This document shows positions 11,046 through 21,280 of a stretch of DNA of 64,000 nt, piece by piece. Under the pieces are notes generated by a model that was given only the letters and a program-made list of their open reading frames with translations, ran no database searches and was not told the DNA's origin. Source of the stretch: Chamaesiphon sp. (lineage in GTDB: Bacteria > Cyanobacteriota > Cyanobacteriia > Cyanobacteriales > Chamaesiphonaceae). Positions within the stretch are counted from its first letter, which is position 1. Each line of letters begins with the position of its first letter. Both the position numbers and the translations under genes were made by a program. The stretch spans positions 96,001 to 160,000 of the forward strand of contig CBDFFH010000021.1 of NCBI GenBank assembly GCA_965246715.1. Direction: 5' to 3'.

Positions 11046-11360
11046 GGCACTGTTCAGTTATAGGGTGACGTGTTTAAAGCCCCTGGGTGAGAGCAATACG
11101 AGCATAGTGATCGGGCGATCGATATAGCCCATAGCCATAGCGGGAGTTTCTTGCTTTCCTAGCCCCCAATGTGGTCTGACCCAATTGTGAATCAGCCGCT
11201 GCATATTCAACACTCGTTGCAATCCGGTAATAGCCTTGGCATACAAATTCTGTCTTCTCCGATATCCGCTGGCTCGTCTTCTTAAAGCGCTATTTTGGGC
11301 TTCATTATGATTGGCATGTATGTCTGATTTAGGGCTGATTGCTGTAAATGGATGCTCTTG
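11046..11360 (-). pseudogene. Truncated transposase C-terminus (cyanobacterial IS1-like) with putative right end
   Basis: Minus strand reads QEHPFTAISPKSDIHANHNEAQNSALRRR...HNWVRPHWGLGKQETPAMAMG; no start codon; ggcactgttcag at 11046 may be the IR. Confidence 0.7.
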
Positions 11361-11472
11361 TTACAGTGTCCCACAAAATGTGTGGATTTTGATAAAACGC
11401 CCACAAATTTGTTTTGTGGTAAGTGTGCCAATCGATCGGATAAGTAGATTAGCATAAATATCTGTAACTCAA

Positions 11473-14097
11473 TTATTCATCTTCATCTTCCTCCAGATCG
11501 GTTCCCTCGATCGAAGGCTCAACCAAAGATTCTTCTCGATTGGTTATCGATTCAATTGCCACAACTTGACGGACAAATTCTGGACATTTTGCCATTGGAT
11601 CGACATCACGTTTATATAATGGACTATCCTCGCTGCGACAGAGATAACCATCAAAATGTTCGCATACCGCGCAACAATCCGCTCCACTCGCGATCGCCGC
11701 ATCGATAGCAAATGATTTGTGGCTGGCGGGTTTGAGCATCAAGCCGCCTTTCGTCCATTTTGCTGATAGCAATCCAGTGGCCGATAAATGTTGCCAGCGA
11801 GGATCTTCGAGGACAGCATCAGAGATTCGCAGCCACGCGCCGTCGAATTCGGCTTCGATTTCGATTTCAAATTCTTGTCCCGCCTCTAACTTGGCAACTT
11901 GCCCTTTCGATAGATGTTCGGGTGCTTGTCCGAAGGTAATCGTGTCACCGACTTCGGGAATATGAATCCAATATTTTTCACGCAAATCGCCAGCACGGGA
12001 AAGTTCGTGGAGAGCTGATTGGGATCCGTGGATCAGGATCAAATGTTGGGGATTGACGCGATGGATGACTTGGGTAATGCCAACGCGATCTGCATGAGCG
12101 GAGAGATTGAAGCGTTGAATTTTGGCTCTGACTGTTAATGCGGTACCATCGAGTTCGATTTCGCTACCTGGCTCTAGGCTTTGTAAAAAGCGGCCAGGGG
12201 ATTCTTCGTCGGTATAGCCGGAGATGAAAACGGCTGCATTTTCCCGTTCTAACAAGATTTTAGCGTAGCCGATGCTCGCGCCCCCTGTCAACATGCCGGA
12301 ACTGGCGATAATTACTGAGGGATGGGCGATCGCGAGGGGACGTTCTTTGGGGGATGCGATCGAGATGATGCGCGGTGAGGATTTCTCGCTAAAGAAGGGG
12401 GACTGGGTTTTTGCGAAGTTCTTGACAGCGGCGGGGAGTAAGTCTAATTGATTTTGGAATAAATCGGTGACTTCGCGGACTAAACCATCAACGTAGACGG
12501 GGACATTGACGCTATGAAATAAGGCACTGGTGCGGATGGCAAGGATAATTTCCTGGGCGCGTCCGAGGGCGAAGGCGGGAATTAAGACATTCCCACCTGC
12601 GGCGACGACTTCAACGATCGCTTTAATCAGATCGCTCTCTTGGCTGCGTCTGGAGGGGTGGGTATCTGCGCCGTAGGTGGATTCGGTAATGAGGATGTCC
12701 GCCTGGGGTAAATCGGCAAGTTTCAAGCCTTCTGCGGTGCGGCTGCTGGTAGTGTTGTAATCGCCAGTATAGAGGATCGATCGATTGCCGTATTGCATGT
12801 AAATACAGGCTGCGCCGACGATATGCCCAGCATGAATGAATCGCACTTTCAGTCCTGGTAAGGGACAGAAGTCTATGCCAACTGGTTGAGTTTGAAGTTG
12901 AAATAACGTGCGATCGAGATCGTCAGCCGTAAATACTTGCCCAAAGTCTTCATTCCCCTGCTTTTGCTGTGCCGCCTGCACTTTCAAACCGTCTGTCAGC
13001 ATTACATGGGCGATTTCTCGTGTCCCGTGGGTGCAAATCATCGGCACGTCAGGAAAATCGCGATGGAAGATCGGCAATGCCCCGATATGATCGAGATGAG
13101 CGTGGGTAATCAGGATCAGATTCGGACGTGCCAATAACTCAAATGCTGGCAGCGGATCGCTACCTTTGGGTCGAGTCCCGGCATCCATCACGATTTCATA
13201 CGGCCCGATCTGGACGCGAAAACACGATGCGCCAATCCCGCGTGCGGCACCTAATGGGGTGACAATCAATCGATCGAGATCGACCGCACCGTCAGCAACT
13301 TCAGTCACACTCTCGGCAGTAAATTTTGACTGGTGGGGATAGCGATAAACTTTGGCAACTTTCGATCGTGAGTTGACTTGGACTCTGGCACGGAAATCCG
13401 ACGGGAATAGGCTTTGAGCTTCCCATTCCCAAATTGGCTCTTTGACTCGCGTTAGCGCTAGTTCCCAGTCTCTTACTACTTCTGAATTTAGGGCATTCAG
13501 GGCGATCGCGGCGATGTCCGATCGATTTGCCTTAAAGTACTCTTTGTCTAAATTGCGCGGCTGGCTGGCCGTTTTAGCCATGACAAGGGGAATGGATTGA
13601 GGTGTGTCGATCGACTCAGTTGATTCGACTACCTTTGTCGCACTGATGATAGTTAAGGTTTTGGCCGATCGACTGGCGACAAAATGCCAGAGTTGTCCCG
13701 ATTCGACTTGGATCGGCGGATTGAGGAGCGTCGGTCGGATTGTCGATTCGCCAAATCGATCGATCTTCAGGGATACTGCTGTGTGCTTGCGACTGACTTG
13801 TGCGGTTCGCCCGACACACTCAAATCTATCCGTGACGATCTCCGCCGTAGGCACTTTGCTGACGATCTGCAAGCGGGTAATCTCGCCGTCTGTCTGGGTA
13901 ATCGGAATTACCAGCCACTGTCCATCTTCCGATGTCACAGCCGGACTAAAATCTCCCAGGGGTGCCGCCCGAAATTGGCAGCCGTCGGGGGTGGTTATTT
14001 GTAGCTTGGTAGGCTCGCGATCGTCAGCCGAGATCGTGCCACTAACTGTCATTTCACAATATGGACTGAGTGAAATTCCAACAAGATTAGTGGACAT
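11473..14097 (-). CDS. MBL-fold metallo-hydrolase / beta-CASP ribonuclease with long N-terminal extension and C-terminal Cys cluster
   Basis: THAHLDH, AGHIVGA, YTGD, ESTYG, PAFALGRAQE, SSGML, SAHAD, LIHG; C-terminal CCAVC...C...C. Confidence 0.88.
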   Translation of the reverse strand: MSTNLVGISLSPYCEMTVSGTISADDREPTKLQITTPDGCQFRAAPLGDFSPAVTSEDGQWLVIPITQTDGEITRLQIVSKVPTAEIVTDRFECVGRTAQVSRKHTAVSLKIDRFGESTIRPTLLNPPIQVESGQLWHFVASRSAKTLTIISATKVVESTESIDTPQSIPLVMAKTASQPRNLDKEYFKANRSDIAAIALNALNSEVVRDWELALTRVKEPIWEWEAQSLFPSDFRARVQVNSRSKVAKVYRYPHQSKFTAESVTEVADGAVDLDRLIVTPLGAARGIGASCFRVQIGPYEIVMDAGTRPKGSDPLPAFELLARPNLILITHAHLDHIGALPIFHRDFPDVPMICTHGTREIAHVMLTDGLKVQAAQQKQGNEDFGQVFTADDLDRTLFQLQTQPVGIDFCPLPGLKVRFIHAGHIVGAACIYMQYGNRSILYTGDYNTTSSRTAEGLKLADLPQADILITESTYGADTHPSRRSQESDLIKAIVEVVAAGGNVLIPAFALGRAQEIILAIRTSALFHSVNVPVYVDGLVREVTDLFQNQLDLLPAAVKNFAKTQSPFFSEKSSPRIISIASPKERPLAIAHPSVIIASSGMLTGGASIGYAKILLERENAAVFISGYTDEESPGRFLQSLEPGSEIELDGTALTVRAKIQRFNLSAHADRVGITQVIHRVNPQHLILIHGSQSALHELSRAGDLREKYWIHIPEVGDTITFGQAPEHLSKGQVAKLEAGQEFEIEIEAEFDGAWLRISDAVLEDPRWQHLSATGLLSAKWTKGGLMLKPASHKSFAIDAAIASGADCCAVCEHFDGYLCRSEDSPLYKRDVDPMAKCPEFVRQVVAIESITNREESLVEPSIEGTDLEEDEDE

Positions 14098-14100
14098 GGG

Positions 14101-14187
14101 CGTACATCGACCGATCGGTCATCATTACTAATAGATTAATGTCAATTTAACTGAAATATTGTCAAATTTAACAAATCGATTGTAATT
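14101..14187 (+). mobile_element. Degenerate Tn7-like (type V-K CAST-type) transposon end
   Basis: CGTACA terminus followed by tandem TAAY...TGTCA sites; spacing matches my recollection of the ShCAST left end. Confidence 0.45.
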
Positions 14188-14341
14188 TATTTAATCCGAC
14201 CTCGCTCGTGATAACTAGATACATTACCCGTACAAGATTATTTGTGCGTTTCATCCATTAATTCAGCAATGCCAAAAGTTCTAATTATTATGTTCACTCG
14301 GTTTGGATCGCGCCGATCGAGCTATTAAGACGAGCGGACTG

Positions 14342-14773
14342 CTATGCACCAGAGTCGGGATCTAGTTCCCAGCGATCGGTATCGCGGTGTTCTAACATCT
14401 CCGTAGTATGCAGGATCCCACCATCAGGAATCTCGATCCCAGCAGCTTCGCCCAACTCATCGATGTCATTCTGCTCGGGCATGGCTGTCGTGCCACCAAC
14501 TGCTTCATCGCCATCGACTTCAGCCAGATATGGATCGATGTCCATGTCGCCTTCGGTCAGATCGTCTAAATTCTGCCGTCCCAACGTTCTACCTAAATCT
14601 GAATCGGGATCGATTTCCTGTTGCCACTCAGCCGCACCGCTGGCTCCGATATCGGTATCTAATTCGTTTGGCTCGATGCTGGCGACTAATTTAGCTTGAG
14701 GATCGGTTGCCAATTGTTGAGCGATCGCATCTCGTTCGGGGTTGTTATCGACTTTGTTTGCCATGTGTTGCAC
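14342..14773 (-). CDS. DUF6335-like acidic protein
   Basis: GDMD...GDEAVGGTTAMPEQNDIDELGEAAG...RWELDPDS motif. Confidence 0.75.
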   Translation of the reverse strand: MQHMANKVDNNPERDAIAQQLATDPQAKLVASIEPNELDTDIGASGAAEWQQEIDPDSDLGRTLGRQNLDDLTEGDMDIDPYLAEVDGDEAVGGTTAMPEQNDIDELGEAAGIEIPDGGILHTTEMLEHRDTDRWELDPDSGA

Positions 14774-14974
14774 TCTCGCTAAAATAATCCTAAAAAATTT
14801 CTCGATGCTAAGTAATATTCGATCTCGATCCTACAATCGCGATCGAGCTGTTGGCACCTCTAAATTGGTAGATATCTACTTGCCTTTCATCCCTGTACGA
14901 TCCCGATTAAAAAAATAAAGGTGACAGCTAGATTGGCAAGCTTTATCGGCTCTCCAGCAGTTAAGGTGATAATT

Positions 14975-15400
14975 TAACGTCAGTTCGGGATAAGGATTAC
15001 CGATTAATGACTCCTGCCTTCGTTTCGGAACCGTCCCCAACAGATCGACCATAACCCAAAGATCGATTCCCATTGCGAAGCTAATGCGAAGCGCTAATCG
15101 CTGCCAACAAACTAACCCTTGTGCAGCGACTCGCGCTCGTCGGGTTTCCCGACGGTTTAGCGAGTCAAGACAGGGGAGTTTGAGGGGCGGCACTCCGCTG
15201 TCTTGACCCAAACGCACGCTGTAGGCGAGCGAAGCGAGACGTGTCGCCAGACGGAGACCTCAGCGCGATTTGGGTCGCTCCTCAACGGGGGATCTGGGGG
15301 TCGGCACCCCCAGATCCGGGTTCTCCTCACTAGTAACCTCTAGGAAAGCACCAATCCAAGAATGGCCTAAAACGGAGATCCTTAACCCGAACTGACGTTA
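14975..15400. mobile_element. MITE with 23-bp TIR TAACGTCAGTTCGGGWTAAGGAT
   Basis: 14975-14997 vs 15378-15400 inverted, one mismatch; same TIR family at 21017-21194 and 48441-48832. Confidence 0.8.
15083..15353 (+). repeat. 144-bp hairpin repeat, copy interrupted by 47-bp and 80-bp insertions
   Basis: Removing 15126-15172 and 15199-15278 leaves 144 bp colinear with 57679-57822. Confidence 0.85.
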
Positions 15401-15632
15401 ATAAGGAGATCGTTTTAGCCCAATCTTCCCCCATAAGTCCAGGAGACCCGCTTTATTTACAGCAAAGCTTCCTAAATCTAAAATCCGAAATCCAAAATCC
15501 AAAATAGCAAGACTTCGCCGACTGATGACGAAATGCATATTTCTCACCAAGATGACAGATGCGGTTCCAGCCACATGCTTGATAAAATAGTTAGTAGGTA
15601 CCAAATAAGCCGATCGCTCCAGAGCCAATCCC

Positions 15633-17342
15633 ATGTTCAGATCTTCAAAACTCCGTTGGCTCAATCTGCTCGCGCTCGTGGCGATGACGACGATCGCTAC
15701 ACCACGTCCTGGGAATGCAGCCGAGCGGGTGACTTTGCACTATCCACCATTTAAGGACTTCTCGATCTCGGTTGACAATCTCGACAAGTTTGCCAAAACC
15801 GGTAAAATTGCGCCGGAGTTTGCTGCATATGTCAAGCAAGCAACACCAGCCCAACTCCAGCAATTGCGTCAATCTTTGCAACAACGGTATGACATCAGCC
15901 CTACGTATATAACTCAGTTTGTTAATTCACCGCTAGTCAAACCGATGTTAGAACGCTTGGGAGAAATCCTCCAAGGAGACAAACTAACTAATGGGAAGCA
16001 GCCAATCGCCACCGCACTGATTCGCGCTGCTGCGGATAAACAATATGGATTGACTCCAATTAATTTTTTACAGCGGTTTCCCAGTCGGCAACTGACGGTA
16101 AATCTCAATGGAGGATTTGCCGTCTATGCCAGCTTCACAGAATTGCTGAAGCAGCGAGAGGCAACGCTCTCCTCGATCGTCCAAATTGCTAATGCTGAAG
16201 CGTTAGCCGCTAAAACCGATTTCACCAACAAAGTAGATCTCCGCCAATCTGGTGGCCTGCGGTGGCAAAAACGCCGCTTCGATTGGCTCGATCGATCGCG
16301 CCAAAGAAACGTTCCTGGAGATCTTTACCTACCCCAAACGGCAGCTAACCAGCCAGTTCGATTGATAGTCATCTCGCATGGGGTGGCCGAAGATCGTACT
16401 GCTTTCTCATATTTAGCCGAACATTTAGCCTCTTATGGATTTGCAGTTGCCGCGATCGAACATGTCGGCGGGGATGCCAATCGGTTTCGGAAGTATTTTT
16501 CGGGATTGGCTCCAGCGCCAGCAGCAACCGAACTGCTGCAGCGTCCGCGTGACATTTCGTTCTTACTAGATGAATTGCAACGCCAAGCGCTAGTCGATCC
16601 TAGCCTCGCACAAATTAATCTCCAACAGGTTGGTGCGATCGGCCATTCGTTAGGCGGCTATACGACTCTAGCCTTGGCTGGTGCGGAAATTGATTTCGAT
16701 CGCATCACCCAATACTGCAACCCCAATCGATCGCTCAATCTATCCGTATTGCTCCAATGCCGTGCCAAGGAACTCCCTGCCAAGCGTTATACGCTCCAAG
16801 ATCCGCGCATCAAGGCGATCTTTGCCATCAATCCACTCGGTAATACGATTTTTGGTCGGCGGGGCATCAGTAAAGTGAATGTTCCGGCTTTTTTGATGGG
16901 TGGTAGCGATGATGTGGTTACGCCTGTGGTACCAGAACAAATTTATCCATTTACTTGGTTGCAAACGCCCGAAAAGTACCTGGCGATTTTAGACAAAGGA
17001 ACGCATTTTTCCGCGCCAGCAGTCAATCGGAGCGATGCAGTTTTTCCAGTTAATGATAGTTTGATCGGCCCAGATCCAAACCTCGCCCAGACTTATATCA
17101 AGGCATTGAACGTTGCTTTTTTCCAAACCTATTTGGCAAATCGCAGTGAATTTCGTACTTATCTCAATGCTGCTTATGCCAATAAATTAACCTTGACAAA
17201 GCCGCAACTCAGTCAACTAAAGGCGACGACAAATAGCAGTCAACCTTCACTCTCACTTAATTTAGTCCAATCGTCGGCATCAGAGCAAATCGCCCAAATT
17301 TTAGATCGTGCTAATACTCAAACAGCACGAGTTACTCCTTAA
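15633..17342 (+). CDS. Alpha/beta hydrolase with N-terminal DUF1400-like domain
   Basis: Signal peptide then AAERV; ISHG; nucleophile GHSLGG; GTHFS. Confidence 0.88.
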   Translation: MFRSSKLRWLNLLALVAMTTIATPRPGNAAERVTLHYPPFKDFSISVDNLDKFAKTGKIAPEFAAYVKQATPAQLQQLRQSLQQRYDISPTYITQFVNSPLVKPMLERLGEILQGDKLTNGKQPIATALIRAAADKQYGLTPINFLQRFPSRQLTVNLNGGFAVYASFTELLKQREATLSSIVQIANAEALAAKTDFTNKVDLRQSGGLRWQKRRFDWLDRSRQRNVPGDLYLPQTAANQPVRLIVISHGVAEDRTAFSYLAEHLASYGFAVAAIEHVGGDANRFRKYFSGLAPAPAATELLQRPRDISFLLDELQRQALVDPSLAQINLQQVGAIGHSLGGYTTLALAGAEIDFDRITQYCNPNRSLNLSVLLQCRAKELPAKRYTLQDPRIKAIFAINPLGNTIFGRRGISKVNVPAFLMGGSDDVVTPVVPEQIYPFTWLQTPEKYLAILDKGTHFSAPAVNRSDAVFPVNDSLIGPDPNLAQTYIKALNVAFFQTYLANRSEFRTYLNAAYANKLTLTKPQLSQLKATTNSSQPSLSLNLVQSSASEQIAQILDRANTQTARVTP

Positions 17343-17508
17343 TAATGTCTAGTCGATCGATCTTTTACAAATTAGGTGAGTGGGAACCAAGTTCGTGAGC
17401 GATTGCAAAATTATTGAAAGCTATCGATCGACTAGATACTTTCAAGCGCTCTGACTCGATCTTCAGCCATCAGATCCCGTATAGTTAGGACTACTAGCTA
17501 TATTCTCG

Positions 17509-17988
17509 ATGCTAAACACCTTTACTCAACATCTCAATCTCTCCAACACTGAAGTTGAATCGCTACTATTGCTCAGTTTGGCAGATTTTCTAGCGAATCC
17601 AGCCGTGAATGAGTTGTTAGGGAGTCTCGATGTCAACCTGTTGCGTCAAACCTTACCAACTGCGGGACAGATCTTGGCTGAGCAATTACCACCTTTTTAC
17701 GAGTGGTTGAAAAATGAACTGGGAGTTGCCAGAGTACCAGATAGTCCCGACCATACGACTAAATGGGTAATTAATTTCTTAAATAATGAAGAAAGCTTGA
17801 CACGCTTGGTTGAATTGCATCGTCCAGTGCCACAGATAGCGGTAGAACGATCGATCCCCCGCCTAGTTGGTGCATTTGCAGGTATTGAAGATGCTACTAC
17901 TCGGCAGGTTTGGCAAACAGCGGTCGCGGCGCTATGCTTACCTTTGGTAGTCGCTGGGCGAGAGCAGAATAAATCGCAAGAGCTTTAG
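17509..17988 (+). CDS. Conserved cyanobacterial hypothetical protein
   Basis: 159-aa ORF with normal codon usage. Confidence 0.7.
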   Translation: MLNTFTQHLNLSNTEVESLLLLSLADFLANPAVNELLGSLDVNLLRQTLPTAGQILAEQLPPFYEWLKNELGVARVPDSPDHTTKWVINFLNNEESLTRLVELHRPVPQIAVERSIPRLVGAFAGIEDATTRQVWQTAVAALCLPLVVAGREQNKSQEL

Positions 17989-18216
17989 TCTTCGCTAAAT
18001 ATATCGATCGGACTCAACCTCAAAATACTTGGGCACGTATTCAAGGGGTCTACCGAACTTTTGATGGAAAGTTAATACTTGAAATGCCAAGCTCTAAGAC
18101 TTTTGATTTGAAAATGAGTGAAATTTCTCAATCCATAGATGATTGCCAGATCTAGTAAACTAAGATTGAATCTAAATACGTAGTAGCTTATTGGTAAGCT
18201 TGTAGGAAGCCCGAAG

Positions 18217-19224
18217 ATGTCCGATCGGCTGCGGATTGAATTACCAGACCATCGGGGGTTACTGTGTGGATTTCTCCTCCGGTCTCAAACTCTCGTCCGA
18301 GCGCTCGAATGGGATGAAATGAATCAGGTGTTTGGAGTACCTGGAAATTCGGTATGGCTGCATTTTAATCTAGTAGATTCCCGCTCGCGAAATTGGATTG
18401 CTAATTGCGAGCGGATTCCCCAGGTGGCCAGGGATTTATTATTAGCTACCGATCCACATATCCAGTTGGAGATCTTAGAAGATGGATTTATGGGCGTATT
18501 GGGCGACCTGTATTATGAGTTTGATGCCGATCCCGATCGGCTGGGATTATTAAGGATTTATGTCGATCGTTATTGTGCGATCTCCGTGAGAGAACGACCG
18601 CTAAAAGCTGTCGATCTATTGCGTCGAAATCTCTTGGAGCGCAGCGAAGCGATCGAGTCACCAATGGACTTGATGGTGCATTTAGTCAGCTCGCTCAATG
18701 AGATGTTCGATCGAATCGTTGACGATCTCAAAGAAGTGGTAGAAGATCTGGAAGACCAGATTCTCAAAGATAATTTCTCGGTAGATCGGGGTAAGTTTTC
18801 GCGCGTGCGTCGCTTATTGGCGCGATTGCGGCGACATTTTAGTGCGAATAGTCAAGTGCTGTCTGCGCGGCTGATTCCCCATTTGCCAAGCTGGTGTACC
18901 GAGCTTGAAGCATCGGAACTGCAACGCAATCTCGATCGATTGAGAGCGATCGTCCAAGATCTCGAATTAGTTCAAGAACGTGCGAGATTGGTACAAGAAG
19001 AGTTAGCGAGTAGACTTCAAGAAACCGTTAATCGCAATCTTTATGTCTTGTCGATCGTCACCACAATCTTTTTACCCATCACGCTAATTACAGGAATATT
19101 TGGGATGAATGTTGGTGGCATCCCTTGGACTCAAGATGCTCTAGGATTTTTGTGGTGTTTGATTTTAATGGGATTAACGCTATCGATCGTGTTTATGGTG
19201 TTAAAACGACAGCAATTCTTATAA
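18217..19224 (+). CDS. CorA/ZntB-family divalent cation transporter
   Basis: FLPITLITGIFGMNVGGIP and two C-terminal TMs. Confidence 0.9.
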   Translation: MSDRLRIELPDHRGLLCGFLLRSQTLVRALEWDEMNQVFGVPGNSVWLHFNLVDSRSRNWIANCERIPQVARDLLLATDPHIQLEILEDGFMGVLGDLYYEFDADPDRLGLLRIYVDRYCAISVRERPLKAVDLLRRNLLERSEAIESPMDLMVHLVSSLNEMFDRIVDDLKEVVEDLEDQILKDNFSVDRGKFSRVRRLLARLRRHFSANSQVLSARLIPHLPSWCTELEASELQRNLDRLRAIVQDLELVQERARLVQEELASRLQETVNRNLYVLSIVTTIFLPITLITGIFGMNVGGIPWTQDALGFLWCLILMGLTLSIVFMVLKRQQFL

Positions 19225-19476
19225 ATATGTTGGGAATAACTTCACTGTTTAACTTTGATATATTCGGCATAACTGAGATGGTAATTTAGAGCCGTCAATA
19301 ATAGTCGAGCATCAATTGAGCAGGATTTACCCTCGATCGAGAGCGCGATCGAAGGCTCTCTGAAATCTTAGTTATAGGTACAACTTATCGCGACCCCAAA
19401 AAAATCCTAATTATTAGCGATCCCCGTGTCAATCCACCTGCGGTATACTGGTTGAGTTTGCCATTCGTACAAAGCC

Positions 19477-20118
19477 TTGGGAATCGACCTCCGCAGTTAT
19501 GTATTTATCGATCGCTTGCAACGCCAGCACGCTGCATATTTGGGCACTGAAGCCCAGGGGTTTTTACCATTGCCGTCGGATTCTTCGCTCTGGATCGAAG
19601 TCTCGCCAGGAGTAGAAATCAATCAAATGATGGATATCGCCCTCAAATCGGCGCAGGTGAAGCCAGGGGTGCAGATTATCGAACGGTTGTATGGATTGAT
19701 GGAAATCCATGCCAGCAGCCAGGGGGACGTTCATGCGGCTGGCAAGGCGATTTTGGCTTATTTGGGTGTGCGTCAAGCTGACTGTCTCAAACCACGCGTG
19801 ATCTCTAGTCGGATCATTCGGAATATTACCGCTCATCATACGCAGATGATCAATCGCAGTCGGCGCGGGAATATGATCCTCGCGGGACAGACTTTGTATG
19901 TATTGGAAGTAGAACCAGCCGCCTATGCCGCGATCGCGGCGAATGAAGCGGAGAAATCGGCGCTGATTAATATCCTCCAAATTTCGGCGGTAGGCGCGTT
20001 TGGGCGGCTGTACCTGGGGGGAGAGGAGCGCGATATCGTTGCGGCTGAGGCGGGCATTCTCGCCTCATTAGAGAACCTTCCCGGTCGTCCGTTCCCCGCG
20101 CAGACCAAGAAGGAGTAA
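19477..20118 (+). CDS. ccmP: Tandem BMC-domain carboxysome shell protein
   Basis: [21 protein letters not shown]...ERLYGLME...AANEAEK...[13 protein letters not shown] start. Confidence 0.85.
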   Translation: MGIDLRSYVFIDRLQRQHAAYLGTEAQGFLPLPSDSSLWIEVSPGVEINQMMDIALKSAQVKPGVQIIERLYGLMEIHASSQGDVHAAGKAILAYLGVRQADCLKPRVISSRIIRNITAHHTQMINRSRRGNMILAGQTLYVLEVEPAAYAAIAANEAEKSALINILQISAVGAFGRLYLGGEERDIVAAEAGILASLENLPGRPFPAQTKKE

Positions 20119-20991
20119 GTGATGGCTGTCAGTGCGGAACATGTGTTACGGCAAGGCGCGGTAGCGTGGTTGAAGTGGCGATCGCAGCAGCCCCAAGCTC
20201 CCGATTTAAGCGGCGCACAGTTGCAGGGGCTGAATTTACGTGGTGCAGATCTTCACGCTACCAATCTCCGCCGATCGAATTTGTCCCAGGCTAAGCTCGT
20301 AGCCGCAAATCTGAGCGGGGCAAATCTGAGTAATGCGATCCTCGATGGTGCAGATCTAGTAGATGCTAACTTAGAGGAGATCGAAACGATCGACGGCAGC
20401 GCCATCGGGGCGGATTTCCGGTGGGCGCAGCTTTCGCGCTCCCATCTGATTGGCAGCAATTTCACTGCGGCTGACTTTCGATCTGCCGACTTATCATTGG
20501 CAAGAGCGATCGCTTCCAATTTTACCTCAGCACGATTGCTGGGAGCGGATCTCGCAGGGGCTATCTTCCAAAGATCGACTTTTAGTTATGCCGATCTGAG
20601 CCAAGCAAATCTCGCTGCGGCAGATCTGACTCAGGCGATCTTATTTGAGACAGAACTAGGTGCGGCACATTTATACCGAGCGAACTTGACACAAGCACGA
20701 TTGCATCGAGCGCATTTAGTCAGCGTGTATGCAGCGGGGGCTAATTTCGATCGCGCAAATCTGACAGCGGCGGATCTAGCTTGGGCAAATCTGAGCAAAA
20801 CAATTTTTACTGGAGCCATCCTCCACCGGACGAATTTACGTGGAACCAATCTTACTGGAGCTAACTTAAGCGGTGCCGACTTGACGGGTGCCGACTTAAC
20901 TGGTGCCGACCTCAGCCATGCTAATCTCGCTCGAGCGATATTAAACCAAACCAACTTAGCCGAAGCCGTGATGACAGGAACGATTCGTTAG
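20119..20991 (+). CDS. Pentapeptide repeat protein
   Basis: A(N/D)LxG repeats throughout. Confidence 0.92.
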   Translation: MMAVSAEHVLRQGAVAWLKWRSQQPQAPDLSGAQLQGLNLRGADLHATNLRRSNLSQAKLVAANLSGANLSNAILDGADLVDANLEEIETIDGSAIGADFRWAQLSRSHLIGSNFTAADFRSADLSLARAIASNFTSARLLGADLAGAIFQRSTFSYADLSQANLAAADLTQAILFETELGAAHLYRANLTQARLHRAHLVSVYAAGANFDRANLTAADLAWANLSKTIFTGAILHRTNLRGTNLTGANLSGADLTGADLTGADLSHANLARAILNQTNLAEAVMTGTIR

Positions 20992-21016
20992 GATCGCGAG
21001 CAAACTAGCTAAACTG

Positions 21017-21194
21017 AACTGACGTTCAGCTTAAGAATTGCCTGGAGACTAAAGTCTCGGCTGGTGATGCAAAGTCCGCCTTCGCGGACTGATTAGCTAG
21101 TCCGCGAAGGCGGACTTTGTAGCAGTAGCCCCGATTTTAATCGAGGGCGGTGCTGAAGCGGAGCAAATATCTTTAACCCGAACTGACGACGTTA
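21017..21194. mobile_element. MITE/REP-like element (uninterrupted form of the 48441-48832 element)
   Basis: Right end ttaacccgaactgacg; central palindrome aaagtccgccttcgcggact...agtccgcgaaggcggacttt. Confidence 0.7.
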
Positions 21195-21280
21195 AACTGA
21201 AGGTTCTTTTGCCGGATTTTGCGGTGAAAGTAATGAAGTTAATAGTTAACCCTATTACTACCTGTAGAGCTGACTCGATC

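Larger units (their letters stand above)
14948..15449. mobile_element. ISL3-type MITE carrying nested elements
   Basis: Ends GGCTCTCC.../...GGAGACCC; near-perfect 8-bp TSD gctttatc (14940-47) / gctttatt (15450-57); ends homologous to 36171-36301. Confidence 0.75.

Noticed and set aside
14876..15217. ORFs inside repeats (also 48475-48720, 57680-57877, 36012-36209, 10772-10999)
   Set aside because: They span composite MITE/REP sequence and have no protein-like features.
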